A stretch of DNA of 64,000 nt, from the IMG/VR virus record IMGVR_UViG_3300022920_000004, positions 1 through 64,000 of that record; one strand, written 5' to 3'. Positions 1-10,516 of the stretch are shown here, in pieces; the first letter of the stretch is position 1; every line of letters begins with the position of its first letter. A program made the translations under genes and the position numbers. The notes beneath the pieces are model-generated. The model was not told the origin of the DNA. It made no database searches and saw nothing but the letters and a program-made list of their open reading frames with translations. The DNA comes from a virus.

Positions 1-1185
1 TATGCTATTGAGGTAAATGGAACTAGTGCTTGGTTAATTGCTTGTAGCTTAAATAACATAATGAATAATGCAAGTCCTGCTGATGGTGGAACTTTCTCTA
101 ATACTTATGAAGCTACAAACATAGAGGACACTGCTCCTGTAAAAATACACATGGCTGTATTGAATACCACGGGAGATATTAGCACAGACGATATTGAAAT
201 TATTGATACTCCTACTCCTGCTCCAACTATTTTAACTAATTGGAATAAGGCAATTGACTTTAGTGGTGGTAATGAACACCTAAAGCAAGTCGCAACTGGC
301 AATGTTTATAACAATGCTTTAAGAATGGCTGGCTTAGGAGTAACTGTAGCAGCTAATAGTGATGGCTCTAAGACGAGTAACGCTAGTAATGCTAGACCTT
401 GGGCAACTGCTATTGTAGTCTCATCTGATGGTAACAACTCTAACCAGCACATCTGGAACTCAGGTGAAGGAGCTGGCACTGGAGCTGATAACATGTACCT
501 TAGAACAGACCAGTTTGGTGCGTTGATATACGGATGGGGTCGTGAAGGTACTGGCTATAACGAGCACCTGATTCTCTCAAATATGGGTGCTGGAACTTAC
601 GGTATTTATATTGCACATAGTGGAGCTAGATTCAACTCATCTGATGCTACAGCTGCTAACTTGACAGCTAACTTCCGCTTTAAGGTGATGTTTTATTCTG
701 GTGGTAGTTGGATATTCAACCCCAACCCTACCTTTGGCGGACAAGGTACATGGTTTTCTACAGGTTACAGAATGGATAGATATATTGGTGGTGACTTTAC
801 TATTGGTGGTAGAGGTGGTAACAGGAATTTTCACGGTAAAGTAGCTAGTATGGTTATAGCTACTCTAAAGGTAAATGACACTATGCCTAGTAATGCTGAG
901 ATTGAGTTAATGATAACAGACCCTAAGAAGTGGGAAGATGATTATAGAAATGGTAATACAGTAAGACAGTCTCATAGTGCTAGTGTTGTGACTTACAGTC
1001 CTCTTAGTATAACTGCTGGTTATGGTACAACTCAAATTTGGTTAATGGGAGATGGTTCTGTAGATGCTTATGCTCAAGGTATAAGAAACGAAGTTTACCC
1101 ATCAGAACAAAACTATGGTAAGCTACAATTCCAAAGTATGGTATCTAACGATATTGAGAATGTCAATATTGCAGGATTGAGTTAA
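1..1185 (+). CDS. Tail fibre / receptor-binding protein with ConA/LamG-like beta domain (5'-truncated)
   Basis: Frame 1 is open from base 1 (YAIEVNGTSAWLIACSLNNI then M at 61), so the gene starts upstream of the window. Gly/Asn/Ser/Thr-rich with LamG-like segments (AIDFSGGNEHL, FTIGGRG..NFHGKVA). Visibly more GC-rich than neighbours. Confidence 0.55.
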   Translation, partial: YAIEVNGTSAWLIACSLNNIMNNASPADGGTFSNTYEATNIEDTAPVKIHMAVLNTTGDISTDDIEIIDTPTPAPTILTNWNKAIDFSGGNEHLKQVATGNVYNNALRMAGLGVTVAANSDGSKTSNASNARPWATAIVVSSDGNNSNQHIWNSGEGAGTGADNMYLRTDQFGALIYGWGREGTGYNEHLILSNMGAGTYGIYIAHSGARFNSSDATAANLTANFRFKVMFYSGGSWIFNPNPTFGGQGTWFSTGYRMDRYIGGDFTIGGRGGNRNFHGKVASMVIATLKVNDTMPSNAEIELMITDPKKWEDDYRNGNTVRQSHSASVVTYSPLSITAGYGTTQIWLMGDGSVDAYAQGIRNEVYPSEQNYGKLQFQSMVSNDIENVNIAGLS

Positions 1186-1209
1186 AACAATGAGAAAAAT
1201 AAAAAATAA

Positions 1210-1611
1210 ATGAAAACAAAAATGTTATTAACAAGTTTTTCCCTAGGAGCCATGTTATCAGAAGTATTAGAATCTTTTATGATTGAAAAATATCAATTTC
1301 TTGCAATATTCTTTGTGGTATTATTAGATACTACATTTGGGATATTAAAAGCTTTTAAACTTAGAAATTTTGAAACAAAAAAAACATTTAAATCTGTTTA
1401 TATGTTAGTAGGTTTTTGGGCTTTATTAGCAACGGTTTTAATTATAGAAAAAGGGTTTCCTTTTGCATCGTTTTTATCAGAATCAATATTATTACCAATA
1501 TTATTATTTCAATTGATATCAACTTTAAAAAATATGCAATTGTTAGGACTTTTAAATAATGATATATTATCAAAAATTTTATCAAATATTGATAGACATA
1601 AAGAAGTTTAA
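1210..1611 (+). CDS. Holin (phage holin 4_1-like)
   Basis: 133 aa with about 3 hydrophobic helices, LDTTFGILKA and LISTLKNM segments; directly upstream of the endolysin. Confidence 0.7.
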   Translation: MKTKMLLTSFSLGAMLSEVLESFMIEKYQFLAIFFVVLLDTTFGILKAFKLRNFETKKTFKSVYMLVGFWALLATVLIIEKGFPFASFLSESILLPILLFQLISTLKNMQLLGLLNNDILSKILSNIDRHKEV

Positions 1612-1625
1612 TAATTATAAATAAT

Positions 1626-2048
1626 ATGAAAATAAATTTTGCATTATCTGAATTTAATATTACTGGCAAACCTATACCAGAAGATGTTGCTGATAAAATA
1701 TTAAAATGGCATATAAGCCCCATGCAAGAAGTTAGAAATGAATTAGGTTATTCTATATGGGCATCACAAAAAAGTGGTTATAGACCTACAACTTGGGAGA
1801 AATCAAAAGGGAGAAGTGGTAACAGTCAACACACTTTTAAAAATAAAGGTGCTGTTGATTGGACATGTAAAGATTATTCAAATAATAAAAATGAATTTTT
1901 AGAAAGTATTATTAAACACACTGATTATACAAGAATTGCTATTTATAATAGCTTTATACATTGTGATTATAAAGAAACTAATTCAGGAAAAAGAGAGTTA
2001 TATAATTCTACACCTGATAGTAAATGGGAATTTGTAAAATTTATATAA
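1626..2048 (+). CDS. Endolysin, peptidase M15A (Zn D-Ala-D-Ala peptidase-like)
   Basis: SGYR, SQH...AVD and FIHCD zinc-ligand motifs. Confidence 0.8.
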   Translation: MKINFALSEFNITGKPIPEDVADKILKWHISPMQEVRNELGYSIWASQKSGYRPTTWEKSKGRSGNSQHTFKNKGAVDWTCKDYSNNKNEFLESIIKHTDYTRIAIYNSFIHCDYKETNSGKRELYNSTPDSKWEFVKFI

Positions 2049-2055
2049 TTAAATA

Positions 2056-2652
2056 ATGAAAGATAACTTAAAATATATAGTAATAGGTGTTATACTAATA
2101 TTTGGTATAATAAACTTTATTAATCCTAAGATAGAATATGTAGATGTTCCTGTTAGGATAGAAGTTCCTATACCTAGTATAAAAAAAGTACATGATACAG
2201 TGTATATACCTGTTCCATATAAAGTTTTAGTTAATTCACCTGTTAATAAAAAATTATCAGATAGTTTAGATAAAGCTAATACGATTATAGATTCATTAAA
2301 AGCATATAAAGACTTTGTTATTAAAAGAAAGTATACTCAAGTATTTGATGATTCAACACAGACTATTACAGTATTTGCTGAGACAACTGGTACATTAGAT
2401 GCTTTACAGGCTAGTTATAAAACTAAACCAAGAGTTATATCATTAGATACTATAATTAAGGTTGAAATACCTGCTAGAAGTATGTTCTTTTATGGTGGTT
2501 CTATAGGATTACCTGTATTTGATAATAATACATTAAATGTCACACCAGTTTTTAAAGCTGATTTATATTTAAAGACTAAAAAAGACTTACTTATTAATCT
2601 ATCTGTTGATACAGATGGTAGAGTATGGGGTGGTTATTCTATTAAATTTTAA
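2056..2652 (+). CDS. Membrane-anchored lysis-associated protein (spanin-like candidate)
   Basis: N-terminal TM helix, HDTVYI/DT repeats and a beta-rich C-terminus ending in F; follows holin-endolysin. Confidence 0.4.
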   Translation: MKDNLKYIVIGVILIFGIINFINPKIEYVDVPVRIEVPIPSIKKVHDTVYIPVPYKVLVNSPVNKKLSDSLDKANTIIDSLKAYKDFVIKRKYTQVFDDSTQTITVFAETTGTLDALQASYKTKPRVISLDTIIKVEIPARSMFFYGGSIGLPVFDNNTLNVTPVFKADLYLKTKKDLLINLSVDTDGRVWGGYSIKF

Positions 2653-2672
2653 TTATTATAAAAATAAGTGAT

Positions 2673-2710
2673 AAAATATTAGGAATTGTAAAATATTTTT
2701 CGTACCTTTG
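2673..2710 (+). promoter_or_regulatory. Bacteroidota-type primary sigma promoter (-33/-7)
   Basis: AAAATATTAGGA-N18-TACCTTTG. The -7 element matches TAnnTTTG, it lies 24 nt before the ATG at 2735, and it has a twin at 18468. Confidence 0.7.
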
Positions 2711-2734
2711 TACCATAATAATTAAATAACATAT

Positions 2735-3667
2735 ATGAAAACTATTGAAATTAAGAATTTTTTAAAAAATAAAGTTGGATATCAGAAGGAAGGAGCTAAA
2801 CGTTTAAGAAAGCACCTAATAAAAAAAGGATATCAAACTACGGTTGAACAATGTAGAATTGCTTTACGAGAAGTAAGACAAGAAGCTAAACAACCTAAAG
2901 ATGAAATTATCAACCCATTAAAAGTTCTTATATATGATATAGAGACTTCTTATAATATTGTAAAATCTTGGAGAGTAGGTTATAAACTTAATATCAATCC
3001 TTCAGATATTTTAGAAGAACGTAAGATAATTTGTATTTCTTATAAGTGGTCTGGTGAAGATCAAGTATATAATTTAACATGGGATAAACAACAGGATGAT
3101 AGATTTATGATTGAACAATTTATTGAAGTCCTTAATGATGCTGATCTTATAGTGGCTCACAATGGTGATCGATATGATTTAAAGTTCATTAAAACTAGAG
3201 CTATTTTTCATGGTTTACCAATGTTACTTAATTATCCTCAATTTGATACATTAAAAGTTGCTAAGAAGAAGTTTATGTTTAACTCTAATAAGTTAGATTA
3301 CATAAGTGAATTTTTAGGATTTGAAAATAAAATCAAAACTACAATGAAACTTTGGGATGATATTATATTACGTGATTGTCCTAAAGCAATGGATGAAATG
3401 GTAAAGTATTGTGATATGGATGTTATATTACTTGAAAAAGTTTATAATAAATTAGTATCATGGGAATTACCTAAAGCACATTTAGGTGTACTTAATGGAA
3501 AGAATATTCAAACATCTCCTATTACAGGAGGAATTAATCTTGAGTTAGTTAAATCAGTTACTTCACCTAGAGGAACAGTTAAGCATATAATTAAAGATTT
3601 AGATTCTAATAGGCTCTTTGAAATGAGTGCTAGTAATTATAAAAAATATCTTGAAATAAATAAATAA
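2735..3667 (+). CDS. DEDD 3'-5' exonuclease (RNase H-like, RNase_H_2/PolB-exo-like)
   Basis: ExoI YDIET, ExoII HNGDRYD and ExoIII YCDMDV motifs. Confidence 0.8.
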   Translation: MKTIEIKNFLKNKVGYQKEGAKRLRKHLIKKGYQTTVEQCRIALREVRQEAKQPKDEIINPLKVLIYDIETSYNIVKSWRVGYKLNINPSDILEERKIICISYKWSGEDQVYNLTWDKQQDDRFMIEQFIEVLNDADLIVAHNGDRYDLKFIKTRAIFHGLPMLLNYPQFDTLKVAKKKFMFNSNKLDYISEFLGFENKIKTTMKLWDDIILRDCPKAMDEMVKYCDMDVILLEKVYNKLVSWELPKAHLGVLNGKNIQTSPITGGINLELVKSVTSPRGTVKHIIKDLDSNRLFEMSASNYKKYLEINK

Positions 3668-3675
3668 ACATAAAC

Positions 3676-3717
3676 AAACCCACATTACAATAATAATATT
3701 TGTTTTGTGGGTTTTTT
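3676..3717 (+). terminator. Rho-independent terminator
   Basis: AAACCCACA...TGTGGGTTTTTT inverted repeat with T-tract after the exonuclease stop. Confidence 0.65.
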
Positions 3718-3732
3718 AATATAAACCAATAA

Positions 3733-4416
3733 ATGATTACAGCAAAATTAATCTACGATGTGCGTGAAGCACTAAAAGAATACTCAGATGATAGTGAGTT
3801 AAGTGATTCTTACATATTATATTTATATGATATAAAAAGATCTAAGTATCTTAGACAAGATATTAATAACTCACAAAGAAGTATTGATATATCAGTAGTT
3901 CAAAGTTTGTGTTTAGAACTTGAAGAAGTTAATTCAAATGAATGTGGTGTTGAATTAGGATGTGAAACTATTATTAGAACTAAACGTACTATACCAACAC
4001 CATTACAATTACATACTAAATCAGCATTAACTAGAGTTGCTCCAGCAGATAGAGTTTCAAGACCTTTTAATTTAATTACTAGGGATAAAGCTGTATACGC
4101 ATCAGGAGCACCATTTCCTAACGCTGTGTATGCATTTCTACACAATGATGGGCGTGTATATCTAAAAAGTGAAGGAAGTGCTTTAAAACTCTTAGAATGC
4201 ATTAATATAACAGGGGTTTTTGAAAATCCATTAGATTTAATTGAATATCAAACTTGTTGTTCTTGTGAAACAGCAACTTCATGTTTTGATATTGAAACTA
4301 CAGATTATCCAATACAACCTCATTATATAGATTTAATTAAAAATGAAATTGTAATGGAATTAGCTAAGTTAAAAGTTATTAAAGAAGACAAAACAAATGA
4401 TTCTGTAGATGAATAA
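3733..4416 (+). CDS. crAss-like tail ring/adaptor protein
   Basis: Position at the start of the tail module; QSLCLELEEV...C, GVFENP and DYPI patterns resemble crAss ring proteins. Confidence 0.55.
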   Translation: MITAKLIYDVREALKEYSDDSELSDSYILYLYDIKRSKYLRQDINNSQRSIDISVVQSLCLELEEVNSNECGVELGCETIIRTKRTIPTPLQLHTKSALTRVAPADRVSRPFNLITRDKAVYASGAPFPNAVYAFLHNDGRVYLKSEGSALKLLECINITGVFENPLDLIEYQTCCSCETATSCFDIETTDYPIQPHYIDLIKNEIVMELAKLKVIKEDKTNDSVDE

Positions 4417-4924
4417 AAGAAGCGAAGGTAAAATTAAATCTCATTTTGGGATGAGTGATTATTATAAATATTATAAAAATAATACAGATAATCCAGTAAG
4501 TTTATCAGTATATTCTAAAGTAATATCTACATATAATAATTCTCTCATTGATAAAGTGTTAAATGATAACTTAGAATATTTAATACCTCATATAGGTGTT
4601 AAACTAAGTATTAGGAAAGATAAACGTGAACCTAAAATAAAAGACGGTAAACTTTATATAAATAGACCTGTTGATTGGAGAGCAACTAATAGATTATGGG
4701 ATGAGGATCCTGAAGCTAAGAAAAATAAAATTAGAGTTAGATATTTAAATACACATACATCAGGTTATGTATTTAGGATACACTGTAGTAAATTTCTTAG
4801 TAGATTAAAAAACAAACACTTTTATAAATTTAAACCAAGTAGAAAATTTCAAAGAAGTTTAGCTGATAGAATTAATGATACTTCTAAAGATAAATTTGAT
4901 GCATTCTTACTACACAAAAAATAA
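4409..4924 (+). CDS. crAss-like IHF/HU-like protein
   Basis: Basic protein (IPHIGVKLSIRK, VDWRAT..LW, YLNTHT.GY, FKPSR) in the conserved position before the tail tubular gene. Confidence 0.6.
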   Translation: MNKRSEGKIKSHFGMSDYYKYYKNNTDNPVSLSVYSKVISTYNNSLIDKVLNDNLEYLIPHIGVKLSIRKDKREPKIKDGKLYINRPVDWRATNRLWDEDPEAKKNKIRVRYLNTHTSGYVFRIHCSKFLSRLKNKHFYKFKPSRKFQRSLADRINDTSKDKFDAFLLHKK

Positions 4925-4930
4925 ATAATT

Positions 4931-5662
4931 ATGTATAATGGCAAAACTCTTTCATTATCTTCTATAGTATGGAAGGTTATGAAAAACCCAATGGCATCTG
5001 ACTTATCTTATGAGGAAGCTGCAGAATTTTCACTTGAATTCATTAGATTAATAGGTGCTCCATTAGTATTTAGTGATATAATTAGTAAACCTATAGAACT
5101 TAATATGTATAAAGCTAAAGTACCTGATAACTTACTATATGTTAAAGGTATTAAATATATATGTGGTAATTGTGATGATAATTCATTTGATACTGCAATA
5201 GCTTTAACTCATGCTACAGATATATATCATTCTGGTAGCATGCCTAATGGTGTTGTTAGTCAATTTCAAGGTTACACTTATGTAATTGATAAAGGTATTG
5301 TTAAAACATCTTTAGAAGACGGTTATATAGTTATTTCTTATAAAGGATTAGCTGTAGATGAAAATGGTTATCCTTTAATACCAGATGATGAACCTTTTAA
5401 AATTGGATTAGAATATTATATTTTACATAGATATCTTGAACCAATGTATTTAATGGGTAAAATTACAGATAAAGCATTTGGTTATATTGAACAAAAAAGA
5501 CATTTTTATACTGCTAGAGCTAATAATTCATTACAGATGCCTGACGTAGATCATATGGAATCTATTATGAATGGTTTAAATAGAATTATTATTAATGATA
5601 CTGCTCAAAAGAATTTCTTTAGGACTTATGGAAGTAAAGAAAATACTAAACCATTTAAATAG
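4931..5662 (+). CDS. Tail tubular protein (crAss Ttub)
   Basis: ISYKGLAVDENGYPLIPD motif and gene order. Confidence 0.7.
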   Translation: MYNGKTLSLSSIVWKVMKNPMASDLSYEEAAEFSLEFIRLIGAPLVFSDIISKPIELNMYKAKVPDNLLYVKGIKYICGNCDDNSFDTAIALTHATDIYHSGSMPNGVVSQFQGYTYVIDKGIVKTSLEDGYIVISYKGLAVDENGYPLIPDDEPFKIGLEYYILHRYLEPMYLMGKITDKAFGYIEQKRHFYTARANNSLQMPDVDHMESIMNGLNRIIINDTAQKNFFRTYGSKENTKPFK

Positions 5663-5664
5663 TT

Positions 5665-8600
5665 ATGAATAAGCAAGCAAAATTTACAGTACAAGGGATG
5701 AGTCAAGATATCAGTAAGGCTAAACATCCTAATAATCTGTCTTTTGAAAATAGGAATATTCGTATTATAAATACAGATAGTCAAAGTTCATTAGCAGTAA
5801 CTAATGAAAAAGGAAATAAATTTTTATTACAAATACCAAATCCTCAATTAGATTTAAGTAATAATCAAGTAATATATAATGATAAAGTTTTACCTTACAA
5901 TAATAAAGCTGGTAATGAAATAACTAATGGTAGTTTACCAACAGTTTCGTTAGACCAAGTTATTATAGGTAAAATTGAAACTAGACAAGGTGTTATTTTA
6001 TTTACTACAGATAATAATGGTTTTGATTGTATATGGGAAATTCCTGATTTATTATCTGACTCTAATGATATTAATTTATTATACTGTAGAAATTTAGGTT
6101 TTTCTAATCAAAATCCTATACAAGCTATATTTAATTATGAAAATGATATTATACAGAAAGTATATTGGATTGATGGTAAAGCTCAATTAAGATTTTTAAA
6201 TACAAGACATAGTATTGAGAATGGTGATTTAGAAGAGTTAATTGATTTAAATTCTAATTCAATAAATACAGTTGGTGAATATTCATTATCACAAGCTGAA
6301 TTACAAGATATTTCTGGAGGGGGTTCTCATACAGCAGGTGTAGTTCAGTATTCATATAATTTATATAAATTAAATGGTGCTCAAACTACCATAGCTCCTT
6401 TAAGTGAACAAGTTAGTTTAGATAATGGTACTACTGGTGGTGGAGCTATTAATGAAATAGTAGGTGTTACACCATCTTTAATTATACCAAATTTAGATAC
6501 TAATTACAGCCATATTAAAATTTATGCAATAAAGTATACTTCGTATAATCAATCTCCTAGTGTTAGTTTAATTGAAGATAGAATTATTGATAGTTATACT
6601 AATTATAGATTTTCAGATGATGGTAATAATGTAAGTGATTTAACTTTATCAGAGTTTATATTTCTAGGATCAAATCCTATAATACCTAAACATATTGAAT
6701 CTAAAGATAATAGATTATTTTCAGCTAATATAAAAGATACTGCTTATACTCTTGATATTGATATGAGAGCTTATAGTCATGATAACACAGGAGCTTGTAA
6801 ATTATATACAGGTAATGTTTATTATGAGAATAATCAATTAAAAGGTCCTAATCAAACTTTTTCAGCAGGAACAGCCATTACTAATTATAATTATTTAGAA
6901 ACTGCTGATGCTATAAATCCTGATTACAATAAATATAAATATCAAAAAAATGGTTCTACTATAGGAGGTGAGGGTAAATTTATTAAATATGAAATATTAC
7001 AAAAATCATTTACTAGTGTTAAATATTTAAAGTTTTTAAAAGACGAAGAAATTTATAGATATGGAATTCAATTTTATAATGTATTAGGACAATATACAGA
7101 TGTTAAATGGATTGCAGATCATAAAGCACCATCAGGTAATTTAGAAGGTAATTATAATACTTTAAAAGTGACTATTAATGAAGTAGCTTTTAATAATTAT
7201 ATTAATGGGTTAAACTTACCAAATGATAAAAAACCTGTTGGTTATAAAATTGTTAGAGCTGAAAGAGATATTAGAGATAGAACTATATTATGTCAAGGTA
7301 GTTTAACTGGTATGATGGTTCAAACCGACCAAAGAGTTGATGAATACCAATATTGGAATATTGAGGAAAATAGAAAGAATCAAAGCTTACTTGAAGTTAA
7401 AATTCCAATACCAATAAGCAGAGGTTTTATTAATTTACCAAATGAAACATCTATATTTCCTACTAAGAATTTAATACAAATGAATGAAGGTAGGGATGAA
7501 AATAGTGATGAAATATATAGAGATAATGCTACTGGAAAGAAAACTCAACAATCATGGCAATATACTAAAATGATGCAAATGCATTCTCCAGATGTATTAT
7601 TTAATACTGGATTATCTTTTGGGAATGGTTTAAAATTGAAAGTGAAAGGTATATCTTTACATACAACTACTAACAATTGGTTTCAAAGTATTGTTAATTC
7701 TTCTAGTACTATAAATAGTACTTTTGTAAGTACTGATGTAGATGATATTAATATAAAAGATAAACCTTGGGGTATAATTGGACCAGTTGATAGAGGTGGT
7801 GATGACGATTTAACAAATCAAATTTTATATAATAGACAATATAAAGGATTTACTCCACTTACCACAACGTTAGAACCTCGTTCTATATTTCGTACTCCTG
7901 AAGTAACAGAAAGAGGTCAAGGAACAACTTCTTATGCGGGGGATTCTAATTTTAGATATAACAATTCATTAAAAAGTCTAATATCAGATAATCAAGTTGA
8001 CCCTACAAATCCATCTATTAAAACTGTTAATAGTTTAGGTGTAAAATGTCTTACTATAGTGGAAGGTATTGATACAATAGAAGAAAAGGATAGAAAAACT
8101 TTAGAAGGACTTATAGCTGGAACTAATTTATCTGGAACTAATGGGTTAATACTTAGTGAAGTAATTAAACCTACATCTTATATATATGAAGGTGGAATAT
8201 ATGGTGGTAATTCTATTGAAGATAAAGCTGTAACAACTTATACAGAAATAGGTGTTTATAATGATATAACTACTTATGTTACTCAAATAGATTCTCCTGG
8301 TGATACATTTGTACAAACATTTAATTTAGGAAGAATTTTAAAAGATGATACTTCTATTTTAAATAAAGAAACTATACAACTTAGTGAAACTATTGAATTT
8401 AATGTTGAAACAACTATTAATTTATTAAATAGAAATGATTTATCATTGTTTAGTTGGGATAATAAATTTCAACCTCGTTATGATGAATATCATGAATATA
8501 ATAGAGTTTATAGTCAAACATCTAATTTAATATTCCGTGCTACAGATAGTTCTTCATTTAAACCTGTAAGTAATTTTGATACTAGAATAATATCATCTAA

Positions 8601-9627
8601 ATTAAAAACTCCAGGTGAATTAATTGATAGTTGGACAGATTTTTTAGAGAATGAAACAATGGACTTAGATGGTAAATACGGAGCTATAAACGCTTTAGTA
8701 AACTCAAAGGATCAAATATATGCTCTACAAGATAAAAGTGTCTCTAGACTAGCTATAAATCCTCGTGTGCAGACACAAGGTAATGATGGTATTGGTATTG
8801 AACTTGGTAAAGGTTCTGTATTGTATGATTATAATTATTTAACTACTGAATCAGGTACAATTAATAAATGGTCTGTATTTCCTGCACCAGAAGGTTTTTA
8901 TTATTTAGATGCTATAAACAAAAACTTTGGTAAAGTACAAGGTGGTGTTTATAATTTAAGTGATGATAATGGTTTCAATGCTTATTTTAAAAACAATATA
9001 AACTTTGATTTAATTAAGCAAGATAACCCATTAATAAATAAAGGTGTAACTGGTATATATGATGTTGTAAATAGGCAAGCTTTAATTACAGTATTACAAG
9101 ATGATAATAATTTTACAATGTCTTTTAATGAAAAGTTAAAAGCATTTGAAACTTTTTATGATTTTACACCAAGTTTATATGTTAACAGAGGAACTAAATT
9201 ATTAAGTGTTGATTCTTTAAATAAAGACTTGTATACACATAGAGAAGGTAATTACAATGAATTTTATGGCGTTTATTATCCAAGTTATGTAATACTACAA
9301 GTAAATCCTGAAAGTGACTTAGATTGCGTATTTAATAATATTGAGTTTAAATCAGAAGCTTACATTGATGGTGTTGACCAACCTTTAACTACTATTAATT
9401 TTTTACGTGCTTATAACGAGTATCAAGATACTGGTAGAGTACCTTTAATAGTTGGTAGAAATAAAAATCTTAATCGTAAGTTTAGAAAGTGGAGTGCTAT
9501 TATTGCAAGAAATCAAGGTACTAGGGATAGAATTAGAAATCCTTGGATATTTTTAAAACTTGAATTGAATAAAACTGATAACACACAGTTTATTCTCCAT
9601 GATATAATAGTTAATTACACTGTTTAA
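5665..9627 (+). CDS. Tail stabilization / muzzle protein (crAss Tstab)
   Basis: 1320 aa, GMSQD..K N-terminus, KVYWIDG, YRYGIQFY, GDTFV, DSWTDF...LDGKYG.IN and RIRNPW C-terminus. Confidence 0.8.
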   Translation: MNKQAKFTVQGMSQDISKAKHPNNLSFENRNIRIINTDSQSSLAVTNEKGNKFLLQIPNPQLDLSNNQVIYNDKVLPYNNKAGNEITNGSLPTVSLDQVIIGKIETRQGVILFTTDNNGFDCIWEIPDLLSDSNDINLLYCRNLGFSNQNPIQAIFNYENDIIQKVYWIDGKAQLRFLNTRHSIENGDLEELIDLNSNSINTVGEYSLSQAELQDISGGGSHTAGVVQYSYNLYKLNGAQTTIAPLSEQVSLDNGTTGGGAINEIVGVTPSLIIPNLDTNYSHIKIYAIKYTSYNQSPSVSLIEDRIIDSYTNYRFSDDGNNVSDLTLSEFIFLGSNPIIPKHIESKDNRLFSANIKDTAYTLDIDMRAYSHDNTGACKLYTGNVYYENNQLKGPNQTFSAGTAITNYNYLETADAINPDYNKYKYQKNGSTIGGEGKFIKYEILQKSFTSVKYLKFLKDEEIYRYGIQFYNVLGQYTDVKWIADHKAPSGNLEGNYNTLKVTINEVAFNNYINGLNLPNDKKPVGYKIVRAERDIRDRTILCQGSLTGMMVQTDQRVDEYQYWNIEENRKNQSLLEVKIPIPISRGFINLPNETSIFPTKNLIQMNEGRDENSDEIYRDNATGKKTQQSWQYTKMMQMHSPDVLFNTGLSFGNGLKLKVKGISLHTTTNNWFQSIVNSSSTINSTFVSTDVDDINIKDKPWGIIGPVDRGGDDDLTNQILYNRQYKGFTPLTTTLEPRSIFRTPEVTERGQGTTSYAGDSNFRYNNSLKSLISDNQVDPTNPSIKTVNSLGVKCLTIVEGIDTIEEKDRKTLEGLIAGTNLSGTNGLILSEVIKPTSYIYEGGIYGGNSIEDKAVTTYTEIGVYNDITTYVTQIDSPGDTFVQTFNLGRILKDDTSILNKETIQLSETIEFNVETTINLLNRNDLSLFSWDNKFQPRYDEYHEYNRVYSQTSNLIFRATDSSSFKPVSNFDTRIISSKLKTPGELIDSWTDFLENETMDLDGKYGAINALVNSKDQIYALQDKSVSRLAINPRVQTQGNDGIGIELGKGSVLYDYNYLTTESGTINKWSVFPAPEGFYYLDAINKNFGKVQGGVYNLSDDNGFNAYFKNNINFDLIKQDNPLINKGVTGIYDVVNRQALITVLQDDNNFTMSFNEKLKAFETFYDFTPSLYVNRGTKLLSVDSLNKDLYTHREGNYNEFYGVYYPSYVILQVNPESDLDCVFNNIEFKSEAYIDGVDQPLTTINFLRAYNEYQDTGRVPLIVGRNKNLNRKFRKWSAIIARNQGTRDRIRNPWIFLKLELNKTDNTQFILHDIIVNYTV

Positions 9628-9671
9628 TTATATTTTATAAATAATAATGTTATAAAATATAGAGTTAAAAA

Positions 9672-9706
9672 CTTGACTTTTATAATAAAATATATTATAT
9701 TGTAGT
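9672..9706 (+). promoter_or_regulatory. Putative leaderless promoter of the cargo operon
   Basis: CTTGAC-N18-TATATTGT-AGT-ATG; same 3' half and spacing as the promoter of the EndoVII gene. Confidence 0.5.
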
Positions 9707-10516
9707 ATGAACGATGAATTGAAAAAAATATTAGACATAATAATCAAAGAAAAAGGCGGTAGTTATAAAGACTATCGCCTTTTAATGGATAAAATAGGAT
9801 ACCACGAATCAAAGTCTGATTACAAAGCTGTTCAAGCTGAAGGAGGACCTGGTAGGGGTAAATACCAATATGAGATAGGTGAAAACAGAGGTGCTAACAC
9901 TGCTGTTAATAGATTATATGGGTACTATAGAGATAATAAATTACCTATTCCTAAATGGGTTAAAAATATTCCACCTGGTAAATCAGTAGATACGTCTAAG
10001 TTAAAAGATTATCAACAAGATATACTATTTTTAGCTGATAAAATGGGACATCCTAAAGCTGATTTTTCTAAAGTTATAAATGGAGAACAATCAACTACAG
10101 ACTTTTGGTTAAAAAATCATTGGTCTGGTAAGGATAAAGATGTTGCTAAAAGAACTGAAAGTTTTAATAGAGATTTAGAATCTTTTAAAACACAAAAACA
10201 GCCTCTATATAAAGAACCTACACAAGAAGATTTATATTCATATTTAGCTAAACCAAATGTTGGTAAATTCCCAAGTGAAGATCCTAATGAATATTCAAGA
10301 GGTGGTCAAATGGGAGATACTAATTTAAATAATGGTGAATTTAATCAGTTTAACGTTGGCGGTTCACATCAAACTAATCCTCATGGTGGAATTCCAATGG
10401 GAACTGGTAATAATGGTAAGACAAATACAGTAGAACAAGGAGAGTCTTCATACGATTTTGAAGATGGTAAATATATATTTAGTGCAAGATTAGGACTTAA
10501 TACAAAAATAAAATAA
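9707..10516 (+). CDS. Virion cargo protein with N-terminal lysozyme-like (muramidase/transglycosylase) domain
   Basis: IGYHES...GRGKYQY lysozyme-fold pattern; C-terminal GGSH...GG...VEQGE...YIFSARL segment. Confidence 0.5.
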   Translation: MNDELKKILDIIIKEKGGSYKDYRLLMDKIGYHESKSDYKAVQAEGGPGRGKYQYEIGENRGANTAVNRLYGYYRDNKLPIPKWVKNIPPGKSVDTSKLKDYQQDILFLADKMGHPKADFSKVINGEQSTTDFWLKNHWSGKDKDVAKRTESFNRDLESFKTQKQPLYKEPTQEDLYSYLAKPNVGKFPSEDPNEYSRGGQMGDTNLNNGEFNQFNVGGSHQTNPHGGIPMGTGNNGKTNTVEQGESSYDFEDGKYIFSARLGLNTKIK

